From: an uncultured delta proteobacterium
GTDB lineage: Bacteria; Desulfobacterota; Desulfobacteria; Desulfobacterales; B30-G6
Direction of reading: 5' to 3'
Length of the DNA: 64,000 nt
Assembly (NCBI GenBank): GCA_963823335.1
Contig: CAWGLD010000001.1
Span: 1,824,001-1,888,000 of the forward strand
Shown in pieces: positions 38,633 through 49,201 of this stretch (position 1 is its first letter; each line of letters begins with the position of its first letter). Both the position numbers and the translations under genes were made by a program. The notes below the pieces were generated by a model. It saw nothing but the letters and a program-made list of their open reading frames with translations, was not told where the DNA came from and made no database searches.

Positions 38633-39958
38633 GTGAAATACGAGGACATAAACAACCGAATCCCGACACTTGGACGCGCAAGTATTCCATCTCCGGTCAA
38701 GAGAGATCCGGACATCGGTGGCAGCGAAGGTTTTGTGACAGACAAGCAGGGAGTGATGATCGATGTCACCTTGAGCGGTTTCATGAATGCATTGAAAACC
38801 GGTACGCCCGGCGCCCATTTCGAGCTGGCAGGCCCCAGGGAGAACATTTATTTCGACCCCAGCAAATTACGCTGTGGTATCGTTACCTGCGGCGGACTCT
38901 GTCCCGGTCTCAACGACATCATTCGGGCGGTGGTGCTGGAACTCTATTTTGGTTACGGTGTCACCAATATCTACGGATTTCGTTACGGGCTGCAGGGATT
39001 TATCCCGAAATACGGTCATGAGATCATCGAACTCACCCCGAAGTTTGTGGTCAACATTCTCGAGATGGGCGGTTCCGTTCTTGGTTCATCAAGAGGACCC
39101 CAGGATATTGAAGAAATCGTCGACAGTCTGGAAAGATCGAATATCGGTATTCTATTCATGGTCGGGGGGGACGGCACCCTCCGGGCGGCCACCCGTATTG
39201 GCGATACAGTTCTTTCTCGCGGGCTGAAGATCAGCATCGTGGGCATCCCCAAGACAATCGACAACGACATCCACATGGTGGCCCGGTCATTTGGATTCGA
39301 TACTGCTGTGGATGTGGCCTCAAAGGCCGTAAAAAGCGCCCACAGCGAGGCCCTGGGCTATCCGGATGGTATCGGCCTGATCAAGCTCATGGGGCGCTAT
39401 TCAGGCTTCATTGCTGCAACCGCCGTTCTGGCACAGCAGGATGTCAATTTCGTGTTGATACCCGAGGTTGATTTTGATCTTGACGGACCAAAAGGACTGC
39501 TGGCAAGCGTTGAAAAGCGTCTCAAGGAGAGGCGGCACGCCGTGATTGTGGTGGCTGAAGGGGCGGGTCAAAAATATTTTCAAGCAAATCCGAATGAACA
39601 GGATGAATCCGGAAATGTGCGCCTGAAGGATATCGGTATTTATCTGAAAGAAGCCCTGACAACCTATTTTGGACAAAAAAATATCGATATTTCTCTGAAA
39701 TATATCGATCCCAGTTACACCATCCGAAGTCTCCCGGCCAATGCCAATGACCATGTTTTCTGTTCTTTCCTGGGAAGGGATGCCGTGCATGCGGGCATGG
39801 CCGGTAAAACAAAGGTGCTTATCGGGTATTGGAACTACACCTTTGTACACATTCCCATGGAAGCCTCTTCGGTGAAACGGAAACAAGTGGACCCCAACGG
39901 AAAGCTCTGGCGCAGTGTCCTGGATGCGACGGGGCAGGGCTCCTTAAAAAACCCCTGA
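38633..39958 (+). CDS. pfkA: ATP-dependent 6-phosphofructokinase
   Basis: GGLCPGLN, GGDGT, PKTIDND and MGR; GTG start after AAGGAG. Confidence 0.92.
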   Translation: MKYEDINNRIPTLGRASIPSPVKRDPDIGGSEGFVTDKQGVMIDVTLSGFMNALKTGTPGAHFELAGPRENIYFDPSKLRCGIVTCGGLCPGLNDIIRAVVLELYFGYGVTNIYGFRYGLQGFIPKYGHEIIELTPKFVVNILEMGGSVLGSSRGPQDIEEIVDSLERSNIGILFMVGGDGTLRAATRIGDTVLSRGLKISIVGIPKTIDNDIHMVARSFGFDTAVDVASKAVKSAHSEALGYPDGIGLIKLMGRYSGFIAATAVLAQQDVNFVLIPEVDFDLDGPKGLLASVEKRLKERRHAVIVVAEGAGQKYFQANPNEQDESGNVRLKDIGIYLKEALTTYFGQKNIDISLKYIDPSYTIRSLPANANDHVFCSFLGRDAVHAGMAGKTKVLIGYWNYTFVHIPMEASSVKRKQVDPNGKLWRSVLDATGQGSLKNP

Positions 39959-40153
39959 AATACCAGAATTGGAATGTTCAAAACAAACACGTATAACCTT
40001 CAAGCCCATGGACACTGTTTGGGTCATTTGAGTATTTGATGGTTGGATTTGTTTGGTATTTCGATATTCGAATTTAGAATTTATTACAACCGGATATGAT
40101 CCAAGAAACCCTTTCAGGGTTTAATCCGTTCCGGACCCTTTGGACTCGGGTAT

Positions 40154-40669
40154 CTATGTTTTAGAGGATTTGCAGTCGTCCGGCTCTTTGCGGCATTTTT
40201 TTTCCTTGGATTTTTCTGCCAGCCGGACCTTTCTTCTATCCCCAGCTTCCCTGTTGCGCCGCTTTTCTTCCTCGGTGACCAGTATCAGCGGAGGGATCCG
40301 GGTAGGTTTGTTGTTCTGGTCCAGGGCCACGAAGGTGAGGTAGGCCGAGGCGGTGTGACGGGTATTTCCGGTGACGATATCCTCAGCCTCGACCCGGACG
40401 CCGATTTCCATGGACGTCCTTCCCACCATGTTGATGCTGGCCTTGATGGTGAGGAGGTTGCCGATATATGCGGGGTGGTGAAAATCCATGCGGTCGATGG
40501 AGGCCGTGACCGCGGCGCAGCCCGAGTGCTTCACCGCCACAACACTGGCGGCATCGTCAATATTTTTCATGACCACTCCGCCATGGGTAATACCGGCAAG
40601 GTTTGCATCCTGGGGTTGCAAGATGTGTCTCAGAATGACACTGCTGTTATTGACTGTTTTTCCGTCCAT
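40154..40669 (-). CDS. Acyl-CoA thioesterase (hotdog fold, YciA-like)
   Basis: DAN..G..HGG, VTASID, GRTSMEIGV and TFVALD. Confidence 0.92.
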   Translation of the reverse strand: MDGKTVNNSSVILRHILQPQDANLAGITHGGVVMKNIDDAASVVAVKHSGCAAVTASIDRMDFHHPAYIGNLLTIKASINMVGRTSMEIGVRVEAEDIVTGNTRHTASAYLTFVALDQNNKPTRIPPLILVTEEEKRRNREAGDRRKVRLAEKSKEKKCRKEPDDCKSSKT

Positions 40670-40871
40670 AAATAAATTCGTTCCACGAATTTATAGAACG
40701 CGACGTTGTCACTTCTATTGTTTCCACCCAGACAATTCAGGAGAATCAGAAAAAATTCGACGGGCTCCCTTCGGTCTGAGTTCAGGGTTGAAGGCAGTTG
40801 CGTTCATAGTGAGATATAACCAAGTATCAAAAAAGCGGCGAAGCCGCGTCATATAAATTCGCCATGCGAAT

Positions 40872-42467
40872 TTATTTCCAGTACGGATTGATCAGATCCT
40901 CGAAGATCACGATGGCGGCCTCGGAACCATGACCTGCTGCGGTGACGATCTGTTTGTACCCGCCGGCCACATCACCGGCCGTGTAGATGCCGGGGATGTT
41001 GGTGTGATAATTGTCGTGTTTGATAAAGCCTTCTTCGGTCACTTCGACACCGAATTTTTGAGCCAGTTGATTGGTGGGGTCGTATCCGATGGCCATGAAG
41101 ACACCATCGACAGCCAGTTCGGATGTCTCATCCTTGGCGTTGTCATACAGCACCACCTTTTCCACATAGTGCCGTCCCTGTATCTCCTTGACTTCCGTAT
41201 TGAACAATATGGGTATGTTGTTCTGGATGAGGTTCTGGATGAGAATATCCTGGGCCTTGAGGGTGTCGCGCCGGTGTACGATGGTCACATCCACACCGAC
41301 ATTTTTTAGATAGAGGGCCTCTGTGGCGGCACTGTTGCCACCGCCCACGATAATGACCTTGCGGCCTTTGAAGAGAGCTCCGTCACAGGTGGCACAGTAG
41401 CTGACACCGTGGCCGCCGAGTCGTTTTTCGCCCGGGACGCCCAGTTGTCGATGGGAGGCACCGGTGGCCAGAAGGACCGTGCGGGTATGAAACTTGCGCC
41501 GGCTGGTCTGGACCGTAATTTTTTCACCCGGCTGGATGTCCACGACTTCTTCTCCGGGAAATATCTGCACATATTCAAGGGCATGGGTTACCATGATGTC
41601 AACCAGGGTTTTTCCGCCAACCTGTTTTAACCCGGGATAATTTTCAACCACCGGGGTAAGGGCCACCTGTCCGCCCAAAACACCTTTTTCCACCACCACC
41701 GTCTTGAGACCGCTCCTGGCTGCATAGATCCCTGCGCTCAAACCTGCCGGGCCTCCACCGATAATGACCAGATCCGTTTCAATCTCTTTTTCTTGACTGT
41801 CGGGGATGAAGACGGTCTGCTGTTCCATCTTGTCCAGCGACGATATGAAAAGCTCTTCGGTTTGAGCGCCCTGGGCGATGAGAACATCATTGGCATAGGT
41901 CTGGGGAACGGACTGGGCGGCATATTTTTCTGCGAGTTCGGGATTGGCCTGAATGTCGATGATTTCCAGGGAAACCAGATCGGGTCTTTCGATGGCGGCC
42001 TTGAGTGCATTCTGTGCCTGCTGGGGGCAGTAGGGACACGAGGCACTGACAAACACCTTGACTTCACGTGGCGAGTCCAGGCGCTCGATAACCTGACGCG
42101 ATGGTGCCGTGAGACGGCTTTGGCGGGTTCCGATCAGAAGAAGTGCCTCGAGAAATATGCGGCCCTCTTCTCCCAGTGGTGCTCCGAGCCACTTTATTTG
42201 ATACGTGTCCGGTGCCAGCACCATGGTGGGTGAGCTGTGAACCTGCCATTTCTGGGCCTGTTCATGGCTCAGGTCATATTCCTTGAGGGTGATTTTATCC
42301 GTCAGTTGTCGAAAAAACCGCAATCCCTGCCGGGCGGCATCGCTGAACACGTCGTTGATGCCGGGCTGGGCAAACAGAAATACAGGGATATCGTTCTGGA
42401 TATTTTTAAAAAGTTTCTCAATTTCCCTCTGGGCCTGTTCGACCTGCACATCCTGCTCATTGGACAT
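40872..42467 (-). CDS. Thioredoxin-disulfide reductase with N-terminal thioredoxin-fold domains (AhpF/PDO-like fusion)
   Basis: CPYC in the N-domain; GGGPAG, CATCDG, GGGNSA and AGDV. Confidence 0.9.
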   Translation of the reverse strand: MSNEQDVQVEQAQREIEKLFKNIQNDIPVFLFAQPGINDVFSDAARQGLRFFRQLTDKITLKEYDLSHEQAQKWQVHSSPTMVLAPDTYQIKWLGAPLGEEGRIFLEALLLIGTRQSRLTAPSRQVIERLDSPREVKVFVSASCPYCPQQAQNALKAAIERPDLVSLEIIDIQANPELAEKYAAQSVPQTYANDVLIAQGAQTEELFISSLDKMEQQTVFIPDSQEKEIETDLVIIGGGPAGLSAGIYAARSGLKTVVVEKGVLGGQVALTPVVENYPGLKQVGGKTLVDIMVTHALEYVQIFPGEEVVDIQPGEKITVQTSRRKFHTRTVLLATGASHRQLGVPGEKRLGGHGVSYCATCDGALFKGRKVIIVGGGNSAATEALYLKNVGVDVTIVHRRDTLKAQDILIQNLIQNNIPILFNTEVKEIQGRHYVEKVVLYDNAKDETSELAVDGVFMAIGYDPTNQLAQKFGVEVTEEGFIKHDNYHTNIPGIYTAGDVAGGYKQIVTAAGHGSEAAIVIFEDLINPYWK

Positions 42468-42533
42468 ATTTAAAATACCTCCTGAAAAGTGATCTATTCG
42501 TGTTCGCTGAACCCCGAACGTTGAGATTTCATT

Positions 42534-42677
42534 AGAAGCCATCTCAAAAAAAGGGTTTTGGCTCAAGCTCAAGGCGGGCCCGAACTTCAACCCGCAGGCA
42601 TACTCAAGTATTCCGAGGAGTTGAAGCAAGGGACCAACACAGAAATTGGGCTAAAAAACTTTTTTGAGATAGCTTCT
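42534..42677 (-). mobile_element. 144-bp MITE-like palindromic element
   Basis: Terminal inverted repeats AGAAGCCATCTCAAAAA / TTTTTGAGATAGCTTCT; core architecture shared with the 51209 and 60169 elements. Confidence 0.7.
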
Positions 42678-42779
42678 GGTTAAAATAAGTGTTGTGAGCC
42701 GGATGGCAAGTTTTTTTCCTGAACCGCGTTCGCGAACCAATCGAATTGATCAGAATTTCCTTCAATCGCTGCAAAGTTA

Positions 42780-42856
42780 TTGAAGAACCTCGCAGCATGC
42801 GAAGCACTGCCGAACGGCAGAACCTACGGGGAATGCGCTCGCTGTTGCGGTTCAAT
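42780..42856 (+). repeat. TTGAAGAACC...GGTTCAA palindromic repeat family (also 7097-7129, 44584-44698, 45114-45195, 54548-54622, 61986-62021, 63921-63990)
   Basis: Shared CCTCGCAGC hairpin and CTGCC-N-GGCAGAACC module. Confidence 0.8.
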
Positions 42857-42867
42857 AGATATGCATA

Positions 42868-44043
42868 TTAGCGCCGGTCACGGGGAACAAACGCACACTC
42901 GTCGGGTCCACAGTATTCGCCTACATAATCGGATTCCGGCCGGTACAGGGCCGGCTTTGCAGCACCGGCGAACTGCTCTTCCAGAATGTGTGCCACCCAG
43001 CCGCTCACCCTGGCAATGGCAAAGACGGGCGAGAACAGGTCCACCGCGATACCCATGTAATAGTAAAGGGAGGCACTGTAAAAATCGACGTTTACGTAGA
43101 TATCACTGCCTTTTTTCTTCTTAAAGGCTTCTTTGCCCTTCTGCTCCAACATCTTGGACATTTCATACCATTTGGGCTCTCCCAGACGTTCTCCCATGGC
43201 TTTTGACATGGGGGCCAGGATATGGGCCCGTGGATCATCGGTCTGGTATACAGCATGCCCCAAACCCATGATGACGCCCCCGGTCTCCAGGATATTGCGT
43301 ACATAGTCTTCAATTTTGTCAGGAGATCCGATATCCAGAAGCATCTGCATCACACGTGTATTGGCGCCACCATGCAGGGCGCCGGACAACGAACCCACAC
43401 CGGCACCAACAGCGGCGTACATATGGGCGCGGGTCGACGCCACCTCTCTTGCTGCAAAAGTGGACGCGTTAAAGGAATGTTCGGCATGCAGTACCAGACA
43501 GACATCGAAATAGTGCGTCAAGTCGTCATCGGGGATTTCTCCGTTTAACATATAGAGGAAATTTGCCGCGTGATTCAGGTCCGGATTTGGTGCAATGACA
43601 GGCTTGTCATTGCGGATGCGATCCCAATAGGCGACGATGGTCGGAAATTTGGCAATCAGGCGAATCGCCATTTTGTCGGCACCCTCGCGGGTGGTGTTTT
43701 TTATATCCGGGTCGTACTGGGCCAAAATCGACACCGCTGACTGCAGAATATCCATGGGCAATGCATCTTTGGGGCTGTTCTGCATCGTCGATACCAGCTG
43801 CGGTGGGAGGTCTCTTTCCTGGGAGAGTGCCGAAACAAAACGTTTCAGTTCTTCTTCATCCGGCAGTTTTTCATACAGAAGCAGATAGACAACCTCTTCG
43901 AATGACACCTTTCCGGCAAGATCCTTGGCAAGATATCCTCTGTAGACGAGTTTTCCTGCCTTGCCGTCTACATGGCTTATTTTAGTGCTGGCGACAATTA
44001 CGCCTCTCAAACCTGTGTTCATGAAATCTTTTTTTTCTTCCAT
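42868..44043 (-). CDS. Citrate (Si)-synthase / 2-methylcitrate synthase family
   Basis: GLRGV, HAEHSFNASTF, LHGGAN, MGLGH.VY...DPR and NVDFYS. Confidence 0.92.
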   Translation of the reverse strand: MEEKKDFMNTGLRGVIVASTKISHVDGKAGKLVYRGYLAKDLAGKVSFEEVVYLLLYEKLPDEEELKRFVSALSQERDLPPQLVSTMQNSPKDALPMDILQSAVSILAQYDPDIKNTTREGADKMAIRLIAKFPTIVAYWDRIRNDKPVIAPNPDLNHAANFLYMLNGEIPDDDLTHYFDVCLVLHAEHSFNASTFAAREVASTRAHMYAAVGAGVGSLSGALHGGANTRVMQMLLDIGSPDKIEDYVRNILETGGVIMGLGHAVYQTDDPRAHILAPMSKAMGERLGEPKWYEMSKMLEQKGKEAFKKKKGSDIYVNVDFYSASLYYYMGIAVDLFSPVFAIARVSGWVAHILEEQFAGAAKPALYRPESDYVGEYCGPDECAFVPRDRR

Positions 44044-44044
44044 C

Positions 44045-44461
44045 TTATGCCTCATGTGTTTCTTGATCTTTTTGGGTGCAATCAGGACATAAACCGGTAA
44101 ATTCTAGATTGTGACCGATAATTTCGAAAACAGTTGCCTGATACAGGTCGTCTTCAATCTGGTTCAACGGTGCAATCGGCGCATTGTCGACCCGATCACA
44201 GCTGACGCACCGGATGTGATAGTGCTTGTTCGGATTGCAGTCATACCGCTTCAATGATCCGCTGAGTTTGAGCTCCTGTATCTCACCCAGTTGTGTAAGA
44301 ATTTCTAGATTTCTATACACCGTACCCAGGCTGATCCTTGGGAGCCGCTTTTTCACTCGGCTGAAAATCTCATCCGCGCTGGGATGGTCTTTTCTGCTCC
44401 TCAACTCCTCCAGGATGATTGTTCGTTGCTGGGTGGTTCTTAAATTTCTTAGTTTTTGCAA
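44045..44461 (-). CDS. Fur/PerR family transcriptional regulator
   Basis: HPSADEI, SLGTVYRNL, HYHIRCVSC and CPDC. Confidence 0.93.
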   Translation of the reverse strand: MQKLRNLRTTQQRTIILEELRSRKDHPSADEIFSRVKKRLPRISLGTVYRNLEILTQLGEIQELKLSGSLKRYDCNPNKHYHIRCVSCDRVDNAPIAPLNQIEDDLYQATVFEIIGHNLEFTGLCPDCTQKDQETHEA

Positions 44462-44716
44462 AGGGTTCTCTTCTGTGAATCGCTCATTTTAGGATGTTCT
44501 GAGTCAAGCATTTCAACCCTGATGTCGAAACATTAGGGCTTTTCCAATCCCTAAGACAATGCGGATCTTCTGTCAAGAGGTGATTGAAGAACCGCACAGC
44601 AGGACTTCGGCGAGTTCAGCCGCTTGCAAACCCTTGCGGCATGCGAAGCACTGCCGCAGGCAGAACCCACGGGGAACGTGTTCGCTGTTGCGGTTCAAAT
44701 GATAGACGTATCAAAA

Positions 44717-44935
44717 TTATTCGATGTCGATCCACATGTCGGCTTCATTGCCACAATGGCTGCAGGTGGCGGATCCCTTGACCCGTTGTGAATGTTCCGG
44801 GTTCTTGGCATCGGAGGGGACCGGGCCGGCATCTGCGTCCAAATCGGTCAATGTGCAGGTTACCAGCATTTCCGCTTCATTGCCGCAATTCTTGCATTCA
44901 CATACCTTCTTGATTTTTTTTGTCTTCCGGGTCAT
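44717..44935 (-). CDS. Small protein with duplicated CxxCGNEAxM motif
   Basis: AGGAGG RBS; CKNCGNEAEM and CSHCGNEADM. Confidence 0.78.
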   Translation of the reverse strand: MTRKTKKIKKVCECKNCGNEAEMLVTCTLTDLDADAGPVPSDAKNPEHSQRVKGSATCSHCGNEADMWIDIE

Positions 44936-45215
44936 GTATTCCTCCTTTGAAAATAGGTAATTATTGTTTCTGCGGTGTGGGTTTCAAGATATCAAAATAA
45001 ACCACATTTGAAAATAAATGATCGACAGAAACCCTTTAAAAGGTTATGAATGACGTTCAAGTGTCTGATAGGAACGTCACCGAGGGATGCCCGTTCCCCC
45101 ATCCAGGATGGTATTGAAGAACCTCGCAGCAAGCTACGAGGAATGTTCTGCCTTACGGCAGAACCTACGGGCAATACGGTCGCTGTTGTGGTTCATCAAT
45201 ATACACCAGAACTCT

Positions 45216-46556
45216 ATGAAATCCATACGAATACATAAAGGATATGATCTGCCGATATCGGGAGAACCTTCCAGGGAGTTGGTTCGCATGGCAACACCCG
45301 AACATGTGGCATCGCTGCCGCAGCGAATACCCTTTGTGAAACCCCGATTGGCCGTAAAAGAGGGCGATGCGGTTAAAGTTGGATCCGTTCTTTTCGAAGA
45401 CAAGCGTAACCCCGACGTAAAATTTCTTTCTCCGGGTGGCGGCAGCATTCAGCGGATCAATTTCGGCAAAAGGCGTGTCATCAAAGAGATTGTCATCAAA
45501 CTGGATGGGGAAGAAGAACGGGAAGCATTTGACGTTTACACTGACGCAGACATCGACGGTATCAAACGGCCGGAGCTTGTCCGCGCAATTATGAGGGGTG
45601 GCTGCTGGGGGCTGTTCCGGGTGTTGCCATTCGGTGATATCCCGGACCCGGAGACAGAACCCCCTTCCATTATCGTGAACATCGATTCCAAAGAGCCTTT
45701 TCAACCCTGCCCGGAGGTGTATCTCGGTGGGGCCATGGACCTGTTTCGATTTGGCGTCGGCATCCTGAAAAAACTGTCGGAAAAGGTCTGTTTGACGATC
45801 ACCGAACTGCATGCTGCCAAGACACAGTTAAATGGTATGCCGACCCATGTCATGAGGGGACCCTACCCTGCCGGGGAACCGGGTGTACTGCTTTACCATA
45901 CCAAGCAACATCCAAAGGAAAACCGCGCCTGGACCATCACCGGACAGAACCTGCTTCTTCTTGCGGGCCTGTTGAAACAGGGACAGTATGCCATCGAACG
46001 GACCATGGTTGTTGCCGGGGGCCGGGCTTGCAATCAACGGCATCTGGCGACGCGGATCGGTGTCCCATTGCGTCTCGTTGCGGGAGAATCATCGGATGAA
46101 CCGGGGCGGTCACGGTTTATTACCGGCGGCATTTTCAGTGGCTATCCATCGGAGAAGGATTCCTATCTGGGGCTCTTTGAAACGGCCTTGATTGTTCTGC
46201 CGGAAGGTGACGAGAAGGAACTGTTTGGATTTGCACGACCGGGTTTACATAAACCGAGTTATTCCAGGGCGTTTTTATCCGCTTTAAACAGGGATCCTCT
46301 TTTATTGGATTGCGGCATGCACGGAGAGGTGCGGGCATGTATCAATTGTGGATACTGTTCTGAGATTTGTGCTGTGGATATCCTGCCGCAGTTTACGCTA
46401 AAGAGCATCCTGGCAGGAGAGGTGGAAGAGGCTCTGGCACACGGACTGCTTGACTGCGTGTCATGCGGACTGTGCACCTATGTGTGCCCTTCCAAAATAA
46501 ACCTGTGTGAAAACCTGCGACAGGCCAGAGATGCTTATTACAAGGAAATATCGTAA
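45216..46556 (+). CDS. nqrA: Na+-NQR subunit A with C-terminal 2[4Fe-4S] motifs
   Basis: KGYDLPISG, VKEGDAVK.G, SPGGG and GPYPAG; first gene of the nqr operon. Confidence 0.88.
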   Translation: MKSIRIHKGYDLPISGEPSRELVRMATPEHVASLPQRIPFVKPRLAVKEGDAVKVGSVLFEDKRNPDVKFLSPGGGSIQRINFGKRRVIKEIVIKLDGEEEREAFDVYTDADIDGIKRPELVRAIMRGGCWGLFRVLPFGDIPDPETEPPSIIVNIDSKEPFQPCPEVYLGGAMDLFRFGVGILKKLSEKVCLTITELHAAKTQLNGMPTHVMRGPYPAGEPGVLLYHTKQHPKENRAWTITGQNLLLLAGLLKQGQYAIERTMVVAGGRACNQRHLATRIGVPLRLVAGESSDEPGRSRFITGGIFSGYPSEKDSYLGLFETALIVLPEGDEKELFGFARPGLHKPSYSRAFLSALNRDPLLLDCGMHGEVRACINCGYCSEICAVDILPQFTLKSILAGEVEEALAHGLLDCVSCGLCTYVCPSKINLCENLRQARDAYYKEIS

Positions 46557-46691
46557 CTTAAAGGGTCCATGGGTTCAAGGGGGATACAAGGGTCCGAGGG
46601 TGGCTGAGAGTTACAAGCGCAAAGCAGCATCCCAGGTTCCAGGCATCCCCGCTTTCCAGCATATAGAGATCATGGAAGTATTTTTGACGTC

Positions 46692-47876
46692 ATGAAATTT
46701 ATTCAGACCATATTCGACAAGAGTCGCAAGTACTTTGAAAAAGGTGCTAAGCTGTCATTTTTATTTCCTTTTTATGATGCGACCGAGACATTTTTCTTCA
46801 TTCCGGGGCATTCTACCCAGGCGGATTCTCATGTTCGTGACAGCCTCGACCTGAAACGATACATGAGCTTTGTCCTGCTGGCACTTATGCCGCCATTTTT
46901 GTTCGGTATCTACAATGCGGGTTACCAGTCGCATCTATTTTCAGGCAAAAGCCTTGATTTTATATCTGTTTTTTTAAGCGGTCTCGGTCTGGTGCTTCCC
47001 ATTGTGCTGGTCTCTTATCTGGTCGGATTTTTCTGGGAAACAACGTTTGCTTCCATACGAAATCATCCCATCAGTGAAGGCTTTCTCGTTACCGGTCTGT
47101 TGTTTCCGCTGACGTTACCACCGACCATTCCCCTCTGGCAGGTAGCCATAGGCATTTCTTTTGGTGTTGTTATCGGGAAAGAGATTTTTGGGGGAACCGG
47201 CCGCAATATACTGAATCCGGCCCTGACCGGGAGAGCTTTCCTGTTTTTTGCCTATCCCGGAAACATGTCGGGGGATCCTGTATGGGTAGCGGTCAGCAGG
47301 GCCAAAGAAGCCGTTGTCGATACGGTCAGCAGTGCCACGCCCCTGGCCGTTTCCAAACTGGTGGAATCCGGTGACCGGATTGAATCGGTCCTTTCAAGTG
47401 TGGATTACACTTTTTTAACACTGCTTACCGGACGCTATCCAGGAAGTATCGGTGCCACTTCTACACTGCTCTGTTTCATGGGCGCCGGGTTGCTGATCCT
47501 TGTGGGCATTGCAAGCTTCAGGATTGTCCTCGGCGGTATCGTGGGTGTCCTGTCCATGGGTCTGTTCCTGAACCTGCTGGCCGGGGAATCCACTGCGGCA
47601 TGGTTTTCATTGAACCCCCTCTATCATCTGGTTATGGGGGGCGTTGCTTTCGGAATTGCTTACATGGCCACAGACCCGGTTTCCGCTCCCGGTATGAACG
47701 CCGCCAGATGGATCTATGGCTTTTGCATCGGTGTCCTGACTGTGTTGATCCGTGTTTTCAATCCAGCATTCCCGGAAGGTGTCATGCTGGCAATACTGTT
47801 CATGAATCTGTTTTCCCCGCTGCTTGACTATTTCATCATCAAGATCAGGCTCAAGAAAAGGATTGTCAATGTCTAG
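46692..47876 (+). CDS. nqrB: Na+-NQR subunit B
   Basis: HVRDSLDLKR, KEIFGGTG.N, FMN site SATPL and MATDPVS. Confidence 0.93.
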   Translation: MKFIQTIFDKSRKYFEKGAKLSFLFPFYDATETFFFIPGHSTQADSHVRDSLDLKRYMSFVLLALMPPFLFGIYNAGYQSHLFSGKSLDFISVFLSGLGLVLPIVLVSYLVGFFWETTFASIRNHPISEGFLVTGLLFPLTLPPTIPLWQVAIGISFGVVIGKEIFGGTGRNILNPALTGRAFLFFAYPGNMSGDPVWVAVSRAKEAVVDTVSSATPLAVSKLVESGDRIESVLSSVDYTFLTLLTGRYPGSIGATSTLLCFMGAGLLILVGIASFRIVLGGIVGVLSMGLFLNLLAGESTAAWFSLNPLYHLVMGGVAFGIAYMATDPVSAPGMNAARWIYGFCIGVLTVLIRVFNPAFPEGVMLAILFMNLFSPLLDYFIIKIRLKKRIVNV

Positions 47877-48582
47877 CTATGTCAAATCCCTGCTTTTCGC
47901 TTTCACAACCGCTGTTGTCTGCAGTTTTCTGCTGACGGCGGCCTCAGCGGGGCTGAAAGGGTTTCAGGTGGAGAACATTGACGTGGACAAGAAAAAAAAT
48001 ATCTTGATGGCGGTGGGCCTGGTGGATAGCGCGAAGACGTATCCAAGAGCAGATATTCTGGACACTTACGCAGAGAACATTCAGGGTTTGCGGGTGTCGC
48101 CGGAAGGTGAGGTAATGGACCAGGACCAGGCGCCTGAGACGTCATTACCCATCTATCTCTACCTGAAAGACAGAAAGATCGCTTCCTACATCATACCGGT
48201 CAATACCACGGGATTATGGGGGAAGATTTTCGGCTATCTGGCACTGAACCGTGACGGGTCCACCGTCACGGGATTTACGGTGTATAAACATTCCGAGACA
48301 CCCGGTCTGGGTGGAGAAATCGAAAAAAGATGGTTCCAGAAAAATTTCGAAGGCAAAAAAATATTGGACACGGCAGGCGGTTTCGTTTCCATATCGATTG
48401 CCAAGGGCTTTCTGCCGGAATCATTTCCGCAGGACAAGCTGCCCAATTATGTTGACGGTATCAGCGGTGCCACATTGACCGGCAAGTACCTGACCGCCGG
48501 TCTGAAAAATATTCTACAGGCCTATGAGCCGGTATCCATAAAATTCAGGACGCGACAACCCATACAGATCAGGGAAAAATGA
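47869..48582 (+). CDS. nqrC: Na+-NQR subunit C
   Basis: [12 protein letters not shown] and FMN site DGISGATLT. Confidence 0.93.
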   Translation: MSSYVKSLLFAFTTAVVCSFLLTAASAGLKGFQVENIDVDKKKNILMAVGLVDSAKTYPRADILDTYAENIQGLRVSPEGEVMDQDQAPETSLPIYLYLKDRKIASYIIPVNTTGLWGKIFGYLALNRDGSTVTGFTVYKHSETPGLGGEIEKRWFQKNFEGKKILDTAGGFVSISIAKGFLPESFPQDKLPNYVDGISGATLTGKYLTAGLKNILQAYEPVSIKFRTRQPIQIREK

Positions 48583-49199
48583 AGCTGACAAAAACAAAGC
48601 ATTACCAGGCGTTTTCAGTACCACTGCTGCAGGAGAATCCCATTTCCAGACAGATGCTCGGTATCTGTTCTGCCCTGGCGGTAACGGTCCAAATGAAAAC
48701 CGCGATTGTCATGGGGCTCTCTCTGACGTTTGTGTTGTCATTTTCGAATCTGAGCATTTCGCTGATGCGCAATATTATACCCCGGAATATACGAATGATC
48801 GTGGAGTTGAGTGTCATCGCATCTCTGGTGATTGTGGCCGACGAGATATTGCGGGCGTTTTTATACGATATCAGCAAACAGTTGTCCGTTTTCGTGGGAC
48901 TGATCATCACCAATTGTATTGTGATGGGACGGGCCGAAACATACGCCCTGGGGCATTCACCCGGTCTTTCTTTTATGGACGGTCTCGGGAATGGTGCGGG
49001 ATACAGCTCGGTTTTGATTTCCGTAGCCTTCATTCGGGAGCTGCTCGGTTCCGGAAAGCTCCTGGGATATCAGGTCATTCCCGCCACGGTCTATGACCTG
49101 GGTTATGAAAACATGGGATTCATGTTGCTGGCGCCGGCTGCCTTCATTATCATCGGGCTCCTGGTATGGCTTCAGAACTGGCTTACGCGCGACAGGTGA
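48579..49199 (+). CDS. nqrD: Na+-NQR subunit D
   Basis: [10 protein letters not shown] and [18 protein letters not shown]. Confidence 0.95.
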   Translation: MKLTKTKHYQAFSVPLLQENPISRQMLGICSALAVTVQMKTAIVMGLSLTFVLSFSNLSISLMRNIIPRNIRMIVELSVIASLVIVADEILRAFLYDISKQLSVFVGLIITNCIVMGRAETYALGHSPGLSFMDGLGNGAGYSSVLISVAFIRELLGSGKLLGYQVIPATVYDLGYENMGFMLLAPAAFIIIGLLVWLQNWLTRDR

Positions 49200-49201
49200 T
49201 C

